Shown piece after piece: positions 9,056-17,856 of a DNA stretch of 64,000 bases (the first letter of the stretch is position 1; every line of letters starts with the position of its first letter). Under the pieces are notes generated by a model. That model did not search any database, had not been told where the DNA came from, and was given only the letters and a program-made list of their open reading frames with translations. The stretch is taken from the NCBI GenBank assembly GCA_965140785.1, contig OZ223514.1:32001-96000 (forward strand), in the 5' to 3' direction. The position numbers and the translations under genes are program-made. The DNA comes from an uncultured Ruficoccus sp. GTDB lineage: Bacteria; Verrucomicrobiota; Verrucomicrobiia; Opitutales; Cerasicoccaceae.

Positions 9056-9504
9056 TCTGTTAAGGGTTTCTTGTCGGCGGGCATGCGGGGTGCACGCACC
9101 TTCATGCCGATGGCCAGGATGAGGTCGGGGATGAGCAGGGGCCACCAAAACAGGATGAGGCCGAGAACATCCCGGACTATGATGTTGCCCCAGCTCCAGC
9201 CTTCGCCCATGAGCAGGCCAGAGACGATCACCCCGGTCGGGAGCATCAGCAGATAGGCCGCCAGCGCGAGCGGGGGCATGGCCCAGCGGGGCAGAATTGG
9301 GGCCAGACCGACGATGAAGGCATAGCTGAAGAGGCTGGGCAGGAGCACAGAGAGGCCCCAATGGGCAAAGCCCGCATAGCTCAGGTGTCCAAGCGGCAAC
9401 AGCCTCAAAAACACCACCACCAGCACGAGCGCGAAATACCCGATAAAGCCGCCTGTGTGGACGGAGAGCGAGCGAACCAGGAGACGGCAGTTCAGGCGTG
9501 GCAT
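9052..9504 (-). CDS. Hypothetical integral membrane protein
   Basis: About 4 hydrophobic segments. Start uncertain. Confidence 0.55.
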   Translation of the reverse strand: MPRLNCRLLVRSLSVHTGGFIGYFALVLVVVFLRLLPLGHLSYAGFAHWGLSVLLPSLFSYAFIVGLAPILPRWAMPPLALAAYLLMLPTGVIVSGLLMGEGWSWGNIIVRDVLGLILFWWPLLIPDLILAIGMKVRAPRMPADKKPLTD

Positions 9505-9593
9505 AGCTATGGGGCGGACGAGAATTGAGGGCATCATTCGGCTATGCTTGCGGGCTGTCAATGGCCCGGGCGGGCGACTTGATGCTGGATAAC

Positions 9594-9625
9594 AAAAAAT
9601 CCCGGCCTCAGCGACCGGGATTTTT
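9594..9625 (-). terminator. Intrinsic terminator (possibly bidirectional) after the HpsJ-like gene
   Basis: aaaaaatcccgg-cctcagcga-ccgggattttt. Confidence 0.75.
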
Positions 9626-9651
9626 AGGTAAAAGGAAAATGCGGGGCGGGA

Positions 9652-10413
9652 CTATTCCTCGTCCTCTTCCATCGGGAGGTGCTTCTTGCGCACGCTGCGG
9701 AAGGCGAAGAAGAAATAAAAGTAGATCGCGGCGAGGAAGGCGCAGCCGAAGACGGCTTTGATGGCATCTTTGCGCAGAGTGGTCTTGTTCGCGTGGAAGA
9801 GGTTTTTGGCTTCCTTCAGCATCCGACGCTGATTGGACTTGATGGTCTCGCGGAGCCACTCGCGGCGGGCGACGAAGGAGTCCTCCGGCATCTGCTTGTC
9901 GCGCTGCTCCATGGAGGGAGTCAGGTTGAGCACGGTAGTCAGCACTTCGAGCTCCTGCATGGAGGTGGCGCTGTCGAGGGCCTGGTTGACCTTCTGCCGC
10001 TGGGACATGGAGATGTTCTCGGCGGTCGCCATCTGGCCGTTCATGATGTTGCTGAGGCGGCGGGCGTCATTGATGCCCAGCGGGATCAGCAAGATGTAGA
10101 CCAAGGCCAGCACGAGGCTCAGCCAAGTCAGGATGCGCGCCCCGACCAGCCGCCACAGGGGCATCTCCATCGAGACGCCGAACAGAAAGAGGGCGATACC
10201 GAGGATCGGGGTGAAGGCGTTGTCCACCAGCGCCCCGATGACGAGGAACTCCCAGTCCGCATTACCCGGCTGAAGCGGGTAGATGATATAGGCGTACTGA
10301 AAGAGGGCGAATATAACCAAAGCCGCCCCCACGATAGGGAGCGGATTGGGCTCGGTCTCCTGAATTTCCAGAGGCCGGTAAAATTTCTTCAGGCGTTCGG
10401 TGAGTGCTTTCAT
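9652..10413 (-). CDS. HpsJ-like membrane protein
   Basis: Three N-terminal TMs with P.QPGNADWEF..IGALVDNAFTPILGIALFLFG, then LIPLGIND, a coiled coil and a C-terminal TM. This architecture matches the HpsJ family as recalled. Confidence 0.65.
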   Translation of the reverse strand: MKALTERLKKFYRPLEIQETEPNPLPIVGAALVIFALFQYAYIIYPLQPGNADWEFLVIGALVDNAFTPILGIALFLFGVSMEMPLWRLVGARILTWLSLVLALVYILLIPLGINDARRLSNIMNGQMATAENISMSQRQKVNQALDSATSMQELEVLTTVLNLTPSMEQRDKQMPEDSFVARREWLRETIKSNQRRMLKEAKNLFHANKTTLRKDAIKAVFGCAFLAAIYFYFFFAFRSVRKKHLPMEEDEE

Positions 10414-10480
10414 ACCTAGCTGAAGGTGTGCTACGTGGAAAAGCACACCGCTTCAACCTTATTTGAGGTTCGCCAACGAT

Positions 10481-11299
10481 TTAGGCTTGGTCGGCTTCGC
10501 GCTTGGCGTTTAGGCGCTTGCGCAGGCGGCGCCAGCCGAAGAAGCCGATGAGGGCCAGGCCGGGCAGCGGATTGACGCCGAAGGGCACCGCTACCGGCGT
10601 GCCGCCACCACCACCGGGGATGGCCACACCGAGGACTACGAGGTCCTGATCGGTCGGGCTGGTCAGGGCGACGACTTGCGTGTAGGGTTCATAGCCATTC
10701 TTGGCCTTGGCTTCGACATTGCTCAGGTAAGTGCCGGCCTCGTTGACGTAGGTGCCGACTTTGTTTTCCTGATAACTGGAGCCCTGGTCACCACTGGCTC
10801 GGAAATTGCCGGTGTTGAGGCCGTTGCCGACCATGCTGCCGTCGTCGTCGTGGGTCAGTTCCCACAGGGCGACCTGGAAAGCGGTCGATTGCTTAGTGGT
10901 CCAGTTGCTGGCATCCTGGCCCATGTAGTACATATCGTACAGGATGGCAACGTTGCGGGCCTGGGCTTCGCTGAGGCCGATGTTGGCCGTTTGCAGCGAG
11001 GACACATTGTAGTTGTCGTAGTCTTTGCCGAGGCGGATGCTCTGCGAAATTTCCGCGCAGAAGGCCACTGTGTTCATGGCGTTGGACTTATTGCCCGTCT
11101 CGTACAGGGAGAGGTTCATCGTCCCCACGTACATGTTATGGTAGTGGCCATTGAGCGTGGTTTTGACATCGACGTGGTTCGAAACACCGTCGAACTTGAA
11201 CGACACCGGCGTGGCGCTGGCGGCGGCGGCCAAACCAAAGATCACGGCGGCGGCGAGGCCGGTCTTGCCGAGAGTGGTATTGAATGCAGTGAGTTTCAT
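10481..11299 (-). CDS. Secreted surface protein with thioester-domain-like motifs and variant PEP-CTERM-like sorting tail
   Basis: Signal peptide (AAAASA|TP), AFCAEISQ, AFQVALWEL and QDLV motifs, tail VPFGVNPLPGLALIGFFGWRRLRKR. Confidence 0.8.
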   Translation of the reverse strand: MKLTAFNTTLGKTGLAAAVIFGLAAAASATPVSFKFDGVSNHVDVKTTLNGHYHNMYVGTMNLSLYETGNKSNAMNTVAFCAEISQSIRLGKDYDNYNVSSLQTANIGLSEAQARNVAILYDMYYMGQDASNWTTKQSTAFQVALWELTHDDDGSMVGNGLNTGNFRASGDQGSSYQENKVGTYVNEAGTYLSNVEAKAKNGYEPYTQVVALTSPTDQDLVVLGVAIPGGGGGTPVAVPFGVNPLPGLALIGFFGWRRLRKRLNAKREADQA

Positions 11300-11425
11300 G
11301 GTGGTCTGTTCGGTGAAAATAGTGATGGGCGTAATGACTAGGTGCAGTTACATTTCACCCTGCTTTTTGGATATCGTCGGCTTTAGAAGAAATTTAAGGC
11401 TAATCTTTTTATTTTCTTAAGATAA

Positions 11426-11441
11426 AGCAAAAACCCTACCT
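11426..11441 (-). promoter_or_regulatory. Candidate sigma-54 (-24/-12) promoter for the surface-protein gene
   Basis: Minus strand AGGTAGGGTTTTTGCT has GG-N10-GC spacing with TTGC, about 125 bp upstream of the start. Confidence 0.45.
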
Positions 11442-11715
11442 GGTGCAGGCGAAGAGCGGTTAAAAGGCCCCTTTGAAGTCTGGCCGAGGTTGCTTTAGCA
11501 GTAATTTTACAAATAGGCGGGGGATGTGCTGTCATCCTGCCCATCGGGAAGCATTGGCCTTCCTCTGGGGTAGGGACAGCGTGTTCATGGCTTCTTGGAT
11601 GGATGAGTGGTCAGAATTATTCCCGGCATTCGTCAAAAAAGGTCAAGTCCATGACCCCTGAAGAGCCTGAGTGTATCGTATTGAGTTCTTGCCGAGCAAG
11701 GCTCACTCTTGCGGA

Positions 11716-12609
11716 GTGACCTCCCGCTTTTGTTTGCTTGCTTCCTCGCTGGTCCTTCTCCTGGGATTGGCCGCCTGTAAACCCCCGGCTCCAACCCTGC
11801 CCGGGGGACCGCAGGAGCTTTCCCGGGATACCCCCCGCGCCGGGCGTTTCCTGATCTATGTGGTTGGGGAGGGAAGCAAGAGCCTGCCCCTGGGAGGCGG
11901 CGAAGAGGCGAGCGACGAGGACGCGGTGGCCTTTTTGGAATGGCAAAGTGGGACCGGCCCGGATGCCGAATTACTGCTGCTCAACGGACTGACGCCGGGT
12001 ACGCCGTTTCCGGGGAGTCTCACGCTGAGCCAGGGCCGTCGTCCGCTGGTCAGCGGCGGTGAGCTGGCGGCTGACTTCGCGGGCGAAAGCGACGGGGGCG
12101 GGCCACTGCCCCGCCTCGTCCCTCAGCCGGCGGCGGCGAGCTCGCCCGTGCGGGTGCGGGAACTGGACGACACAGGTGGGCAAGCCCGGGTCGATCTGAC
12201 GGCGATCGGGCCGGATCTTTCGCTCTGGAACCGGGATGTCTTTTGGCAGGCCGGGGGAGAAGTGCGCGTCGTTGATGAACTGGCCACCCATCTGGGCAAG
12301 GCGGCACGTGTCGGGTTCGTCTGGACACTGACCGGCCATGTGCCCGTGACCGTGACGGAGGAACCCAACCGGACACTGGTGGAGACGCCCGAGCTGACGA
12401 TGATTTTTCAGGCCGATGTCCCGATCCGGGTGATGACGCAAAACACGCGGGTCCCCACACCAGCGCTGCCCATTGCCTCGGGGGGAGCGGGCAGTGTCCT
12501 CGTTCCGTGGACCGGCCCGCTGACAATTGTCCGGGTCGAATGCTCGGCCCCGGTGGCCAGCCTCAAAGTCATCACCCGCCTCCTGCTCAGTCGTAAACGC
12601 ACGCCCTAG
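11716..12609 (+). CDS. Hypothetical lipoprotein
   Basis: Lipobox LLLGLAA|C followed by a Pro-rich linker. GTG start inferred. Confidence 0.65.
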   Translation: MTSRFCLLASSLVLLLGLAACKPPAPTLPGGPQELSRDTPRAGRFLIYVVGEGSKSLPLGGGEEASDEDAVAFLEWQSGTGPDAELLLLNGLTPGTPFPGSLTLSQGRRPLVSGGELAADFAGESDGGGPLPRLVPQPAAASSPVRVRELDDTGGQARVDLTAIGPDLSLWNRDVFWQAGGEVRVVDELATHLGKAARVGFVWTLTGHVPVTVTEEPNRTLVETPELTMIFQADVPIRVMTQNTRVPTPALPIASGGAGSVLVPWTGPLTIVRVECSAPVASLKVITRLLLSRKRTP

Positions 12610-12773
12610 GCAGTGTCTTCAAACCTCCGAAAACTTCGTATTCTAATGCCTTTTTCGCCCAAAACACGTTTCCTCAGCTCGACAAATCTTAATTTGCCTC
12701 GCCTCGAAAGCCGTGTTTTTGGCTGAAAAATTCAAGGCGACTCCTCGTTTCGAGGTTTGAAGACACTGCCTAG
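12606..12773. mobile_element. MITE (non-autonomous element), copy 1
   Basis: Perfect 22-bp terminal inverted repeat ctaggcagtgtcttcaaacctc...gaggtttgaagacactgcctag. Internal core shared with 49212-49378. Confidence 0.85.
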
Positions 12774-12785
12774 CTCTCTATTGAC

Positions 12786-12819
12786 AAAAAAAAACGCACG
12801 GGTCCGAAGACCCGTGCGT
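12786..12819 (-). terminator. Intrinsic terminator of dxs
   Basis: aaaaaaaaacgcacgggtc-cgaa-gacccgtgcgt. Confidence 0.85.
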
Positions 12820-12877
12820 GTAGAAGTTGGTTGGATTCCTTACCGTGCCCAGTCCTTGATTACTAGTCCAGCCGGAC

Positions 12878-14830
12878 CTACTTGCCGGAGGGGAAGGGGA
12901 CGGAGGTGTCGGCTACGGCGTTGCTGCTGGCTTCATGGGCGGGCAACTGGCGGTAGCGGGTGAGGATGTCGTTCTCCATGTCCTGAGGGCTGAGGCCGTT
13001 GGCCGCACGCAGGTCGGAGTTACCGCTGCCGTGGCTGACGAACTTGTCCGGCCAGCCAATGCGGACCACCGGGGTCATAATGCCTTCGTCCTGAAGCTCT
13101 TCGAGCACGGCGCTGCCGAAGCCGCCCTTGCGCACGTGGTCCTCCATCGTGACGATGAGGCGGGCGTGCTGGGCGTCCTTGAAGAGCTGTTTGTTGTCAA
13201 TCGGCTTGGCGAAGCGGGCGTTGACCACGCCGACGCTCAGGTGTTGCTCGGCGGAAATCTTGTTGGCCAGCTTGAGCGCGTCCTGCACCATCGTGCCGAG
13301 GGCCCAGATGACGATGTCGTCGCCTTCGCGCAGGGTCTCGGACTTGCCGATTTCGAGGGCTTCGGGCTCGTCCTTCATGGGAACGCCGACGCCGGAGCCG
13401 CGCGGGTAGCGGATGAAGCTCGGTCCCTTGTGGTCGAGGCCGGTCTTCATCATGTCCACCAGTTCGTCCTCGTCCTTGGGCTGCATGAGGATGACGTTCG
13501 GGACGCCGCGCAGGTAGGTGATATCAAAGAGACCGTGGTGGGTGGGGCCGTCGTTGGGCGAGAGCCCGGCGCGGTCCATGCAGAACATCACGTCGAGCTT
13601 TTGCAGGGCCACGTCGTGCATGATCGGGTCGATCCCGCGCTGGAGGAAGGTCGAGTAAATGGCCACCACCGGCTTGATGTTGCTGGTGGCCAGGCCGGCG
13701 GCGAAGAGCACGGCGTGCTCCTCGGCGATGCCGACGTCAAAGTACTGGCCGGGGACCTCGTCGGAGAGGTGTTTCATGCCGGTGCCCGAGGGCATGGCAC
13801 CGGTGATGCCGACGATGCGCTTGTCGGCCTTGGCGAAGTCCACCAGGGCCTTGCCGAAGACGTCCTGGTAGGCGGGCGGGGCGCCGGTCTTACCGGACTT
13901 GGGCTTGCCGCTGTTGAGGCAGAAGGGGCTGGTGCCGTGCCACTTTTCGGGGTCGCCCAGGGCCACGTCGAAGCCTTTGCCCTTGGTTGTGAGGGTGTGC
14001 AGGATGACGGGCTCGTCCGATTCCTTGGCGAACTGCAGGTACTGGTCCAGCAGGTCCATGTCGTGCCCGTCGATGGGGCCGATGTAGCGCAGGCCGTACT
14101 TTTCGAAAAGGGAGGGATTCTGGTCGATGAGGAAGTCCTTGGTCTCCTGCTTGACCTTCTTGCCGAACTTCTTGATCGCCTGGCCGCCGGGGACGGCGTT
14201 GAGGAAGCTCTCCACATCGTGGTGGAAGCGGTTGTAAACCGGGTTGGTGATCAGCTCGTTGAGGTAGGTGGGGATGGCGCCGACATTCGGGGCGATCGAC
14301 CACTTGTTGTCATTGAGGATGACAATGAGCTTCTTGCAGCTACTCTTGATGTTGTTGAGCGCCTCCATGGTGATGCCGCAGGTCAGGGCGGCGTCGCCGA
14401 TGATGGCCACGACGTGCTCGGGAGACTCATTGAGGTCGCGGGCGGTGGCCATGCCGACGGCGGCGGAGAGGGCCGTGCCGGCGTGCCCGGCACCGAAGCA
14501 GTCGTGCTCGGACTCCTCGCGCATGAGGAAGCCGCTGAATCCGTCTTTCTGGCGCAGCTTGCGGAATTTTTCTCCCTGGCGGCCGGTCAGCAGCTTGTGG
14601 ACGTAGCCCTGGTGGGAGACATCGAAGACGAAGCGGTCCGCCGGCGTGCTGAAGTGCCGGTGGAGCATGATCGTCAACTCGACCACCCCGAGGTTGGGAC
14701 CGACGTGGCCGCCGTTTTCGGAGGTGACCTCCAGGATTTCCTGGCGGATCTCCTTGGCGAGCAGAGGAAGGTCCTCTTTTTTGAGTGCTTTTACGTCCTG
14801 AGGGCCCTTGATGGAGGGAAGTATAGCCAT
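12878..14830 (-). CDS. dxs: 1-deoxy-D-xylulose-5-phosphate synthase
   Basis: GGHVGPNLGVVELT, DVSHQGYVHK, GDAALT.G...EALNN, DVGIAEEHAV, DRAG, DGPTHHG. Confidence 0.97.
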   Translation of the reverse strand: MAILPSIKGPQDVKALKKEDLPLLAKEIRQEILEVTSENGGHVGPNLGVVELTIMLHRHFSTPADRFVFDVSHQGYVHKLLTGRQGEKFRKLRQKDGFSGFLMREESEHDCFGAGHAGTALSAAVGMATARDLNESPEHVVAIIGDAALTCGITMEALNNIKSSCKKLIVILNDNKWSIAPNVGAIPTYLNELITNPVYNRFHHDVESFLNAVPGGQAIKKFGKKVKQETKDFLIDQNPSLFEKYGLRYIGPIDGHDMDLLDQYLQFAKESDEPVILHTLTTKGKGFDVALGDPEKWHGTSPFCLNSGKPKSGKTGAPPAYQDVFGKALVDFAKADKRIVGITGAMPSGTGMKHLSDEVPGQYFDVGIAEEHAVLFAAGLATSNIKPVVAIYSTFLQRGIDPIMHDVALQKLDVMFCMDRAGLSPNDGPTHHGLFDITYLRGVPNVILMQPKDEDELVDMMKTGLDHKGPSFIRYPRGSGVGVPMKDEPEALEIGKSETLREGDDIVIWALGTMVQDALKLANKISAEQHLSVGVVNARFAKPIDNKQLFKDAQHARLIVTMEDHVRKGGFGSAVLEELQDEGIMTPVVRIGWPDKFVSHGSGNSDLRAANGLSPQDMENDILTRYRQLPAHEASSNAVADTSVPFPSGK

Positions 14831-14895
14831 AGCGTATAGTCTGTGTGATCCGGGAGAGCGTGAGAGAGTTCAGTCGTCCCTGTAAAAAAATAAAG

Positions 14896-15147
14896 TCAGG
14901 AGTCGGCGGGCGCGTCGAAGGGTTCGAGACTGACCTGTCCGTCTTCCTGCCTGAGTTTTTCGATTTTCTGTTCTGCTTGGTCGAGTTTGCGTTGGCAAAA
15001 CTTCGCCAGCCGGGTGCCCGATTCGTATTTGGTGACCAGGTCGGCGAGCGGGATGTCTCCGCCTTCGAGGCTCTCGACGATTGTTTCCAGCCGCTCCAGA
15101 GCTTCTTCGAAAGACGCAGGCTCTTCCGTCGTTTGCGTTTTAGGCAT
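14896..15147 (-). CDS. xseB: Exodeoxyribonuclease VII small subunit
   Basis: SFEEALERLETIVESLEGGDIPL. Usual position upstream of dxs. Confidence 0.95.
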   Translation of the reverse strand: MPKTQTTEEPASFEEALERLETIVESLEGGDIPLADLVTKYESGTRLAKFCQRKLDQAEQKIEKLRQEDGQVSLEPFDAPADS

Positions 15148-15332
15148 GTTAGGTTACGGATAAGTGAAAACCCGCAGAGGTGTAAACGCAAGCCTGATTC
15201 TGGCTTCGGCGGCGGGTCGAAATCGGGGCGTAATTCGCCCTTGCCACCGGGCTTCAGGCGTTATGGCATGGGGGTTCCATTGCGGCCTCCGGGCGCGGCT
15301 TCCCGACCCGTCCCGCCGAAAAAACTTCCCTC

Positions 15333-16580
15333 ATGCATCCCTTCCTGATCGCAATCCTCGTCCTCATCGGTCTCAAGCTGGTGGCCGAACTGATGCTCGA
15401 CTGGCTCAACCGGGCTGAAGTCCTCCGGCACGCCGACCACATCCCCGCCCCCTTCGCCGGGGTGATGGACGAGGACACCTATAAAAAGTCCGTTTCCTAC
15501 ACGCTCACGCACACCACCTTCGGCATGCTCCAGACCGCCTGGGACGCCGTGGTGCTGGCCGTCGTGCTGGCCTCCGGGCTGCTGCCCTGGCTCTTTGACG
15601 CGCTCTCGGCACTGCTCGGGATCAGTCTCTGGGGGCAGGCGCTGGTGCTGTTTTTCATCCTCATCGCGCTGTCGCTGCCGGGCATTCCGCTGGAGCTCTA
15701 CAGCACCTTCAAGATCGAGGCCCGCTACGGCTTTAACAAGACCACGCCGGGCATCTGGATCAGCGACAAGCTCAAGGGCCTGCTCCTGGCGGCCATCCTC
15801 GGCTATCCGCTGCTGTGCCTGCTGCTGTGGTTTTTCCGGGCGCTGCCGCAGACTTGGTGGCTCTGGGCTTTCGCGGCCTTTTTTGGCTTCCAGCTCCTGC
15901 TGCTGCTGCTGTACCCGCGCCTGATTCTGCCCCTGTTCAACAAGCTCTCGCCCCTGCCGGACGGCGACTTACGCAGCCGCCTGCTCAAGCTGGGCGAGCG
16001 CACGGGCTTTACCGCGCAGACCATTCACGTGATGGACGGCTCCCGCCGCTCCACCCACTCGAACGCCTTTTTCACCGGCTTCGGCAAGTTCCGCCGCATC
16101 GTCCTCTACGATACGCTGGTCGAGCAACTGGAGGACGTGGAACTGGAGAGCGTGCTCGCTCACGAGATCGGCCACTATAAAAAGGGCCACATTCCCAAAA
16201 TGCTCATCATGTCCGCCCTGGCCAGCCTGGCCGGGTTCGCGGTGCTGGGCTGGGTGGCCGGACAGGTGTGGTTTTACGAGGCTTTCGGCTTCGAACTGGC
16301 CGACGGGATGGTCCCGGCCCTGCTGCTTTTCATGCTGCTGAGCGGGCTGTTCAGCTTCTGGCTCTCGCCGCTGCTCAACCGCCTCTCCCGCAAGCACGAG
16401 TACGAGGCCGACGCCTTCGCCCGCCAGGTCATGGGTGACGACCCCCAGCCGCTGGTCAACTCCCTGCACAAGTTGACTGAGAAAAACCTCAGCAACCTCA
16501 CCCCGCACCCGCTCTACAGCGCGTTCCACTACTCGCACCCGACCCTGCTCGAGCGCGAAACCGCCCTGAAGGGCAGCTGA
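15333..16580 (+). CDS. M48 family (Ste24-like) membrane zinc metalloprotease
   Basis: GFNKTT, NAFFTGFG, HEIGH, EYEAD, YSHP. Confidence 0.93.
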   Translation: MHPFLIAILVLIGLKLVAELMLDWLNRAEVLRHADHIPAPFAGVMDEDTYKKSVSYTLTHTTFGMLQTAWDAVVLAVVLASGLLPWLFDALSALLGISLWGQALVLFFILIALSLPGIPLELYSTFKIEARYGFNKTTPGIWISDKLKGLLLAAILGYPLLCLLLWFFRALPQTWWLWAFAAFFGFQLLLLLLYPRLILPLFNKLSPLPDGDLRSRLLKLGERTGFTAQTIHVMDGSRRSTHSNAFFTGFGKFRRIVLYDTLVEQLEDVELESVLAHEIGHYKKGHIPKMLIMSALASLAGFAVLGWVAGQVWFYEAFGFELADGMVPALLLFMLLSGLFSFWLSPLLNRLSRKHEYEADAFARQVMGDDPQPLVNSLHKLTEKNLSNLTPHPLYSAFHYSHPTLLERETALKGS

Positions 16581-16610
16581 CTTCGCGTATTTTTATCGAA
16601 TGGGCTTAAA

Positions 16611-16682
16611 CCACGGATGACACGGATGGCCACGGATCGCAGTCACCAGCACAGGCATCCGTGCCCATCCGTGTTGTCCGTG
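16611..16682. repeat. Inverted nonamer-array element (CACGGAT x3 ... ATCCGTG x3)
   Basis: ccacggatgacacggatggccacggat ... atccgtgcccatccgtgttgtccgtg. Confidence 0.85.
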
Positions 16683-17573
16683 CGTTTTAAGCGATTTGCC
16701 GGGGCGGTTATCCTGCTGCTCCTGCCCCTCGGTCTCGGTGCCGAGACCGTCCGGGTGGCGACGTACAATCTGTACAACTACCTCTCCATGGACCGGATGG
16801 TGGAGGGCCACTGGCAGGAGGATTACCCCAAGCCCGAGACCGAGAAAATCGCCCTGCGCGCGGCCATTCGCGCCGCTGATGCCGACGTGCTGGCGGTGCA
16901 GGAGATCGGCGGCCCGGCCTATCTGGAGGAGCTTCAGCGCGACCTCAAGGCCGAGGGCCTGGACTACCCGCACGCGGCCATCCTGATGGGACCCGATGAG
17001 ACCCGACACACCGCCGTGCTCTCGCGCCTGCCCTTTGCCCGCGTGATTACCCATGACCGGCTGGATTTTACCTTCGACGGCGAGTCCGAGCAGGTTCGCC
17101 GCGGTCTGCTGGAGGTGGGCTTCGAAACCGACGGGGTGCCCTGGACGCTCTTTGTCGTCCACCTGAAAAGCCGCTGGACCATCCGCCGGAGCGATCCGCT
17201 GGCCCGGAAACAGCGTGCCGGGGAGGCGCAGGCGTGCCGCGACCTGATCCGGCGCAGTTTCCCCGATCCGCAGGCGGATAACTACCTGATCGTAGGCGAC
17301 TTTAACGACTCCCGAGAGAGCGCCCCGCTGCGGCGTTTTCTCGAAGTCAGCGGGCGCGAACTGGCCCAGATGGTCGAGGCGGTCGATTCGCGCGGCGAGG
17401 CCTGGACCTTCCACTACCGCAAACGCGACCTCTACGAGCGGGTGGACTTTTTACTCGTTTCCCCGGCGCTGGCCCGGCGCGTGGTCGAGGGCTCGGCGCA
17501 GATCATCGACCTCATGCCCGCCACCGACGAGGCCAGCGACCACCGCCCGGTCTGTGTGACGTTGGAGTTTTAA
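16680..17573 (+). CDS. Exported endonuclease/exonuclease/phosphatase (EEP) family protein
   Basis: Signal peptide, ATYNLYN, AVQE, HLKS, GDFND, VDF, SDH. Confidence 0.88.
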   Translation: MRFKRFAGAVILLLLPLGLGAETVRVATYNLYNYLSMDRMVEGHWQEDYPKPETEKIALRAAIRAADADVLAVQEIGGPAYLEELQRDLKAEGLDYPHAAILMGPDETRHTAVLSRLPFARVITHDRLDFTFDGESEQVRRGLLEVGFETDGVPWTLFVVHLKSRWTIRRSDPLARKQRAGEAQACRDLIRRSFPDPQADNYLIVGDFNDSRESAPLRRFLEVSGRELAQMVEAVDSRGEAWTFHYRKRDLYERVDFLLVSPALARRVVEGSAQIIDLMPATDEASDHRPVCVTLEF

Positions 17574-17599
17574 GGCAAGGGTTTGGGCTGAATAAAACT

Positions 17600-17790
17600 C
17601 ACGCGCAGGCACAGAGGCACGGAGTTCTTGGGGTAAAAGGATGTAAGGGAAGGACTTTTCTCTCACCCCGGCCCGCGGATCAGCGCGTGGGCTCATTTCA
17701 GTTATCAGGGGAAGTCCAACCCCCATGCTCTTTGCGTCCTTTGCGTCTTTGCGGTTAACTCTCTTATCTAGAACTCCGTGCCTCGGTGTG
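17600..17790. repeat. Nested nonamer-array elements
   Basis: gcacagaggcacggagttct ... agaactccgtgcctcggtgtg enclosing ctttgcgtcctttgcgtctttgcggttaa. Confidence 0.7.
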
Positions 17791-17856
17791 ACTTCACCAA
17801 CAAACCCGGCATTTGGCTTGCGGGCTGCTGCTTTTGATCTAGGTTCTCAACTAATA

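Noticed and set aside
12935..14839. Long antisense ORFs (also 22261-23685, 24929-26500, 27839-29527, 56922-58820 and others)
   Set aside because: Shadow ORFs opposite well-recognised genes, expected from high GC3 codon bias.
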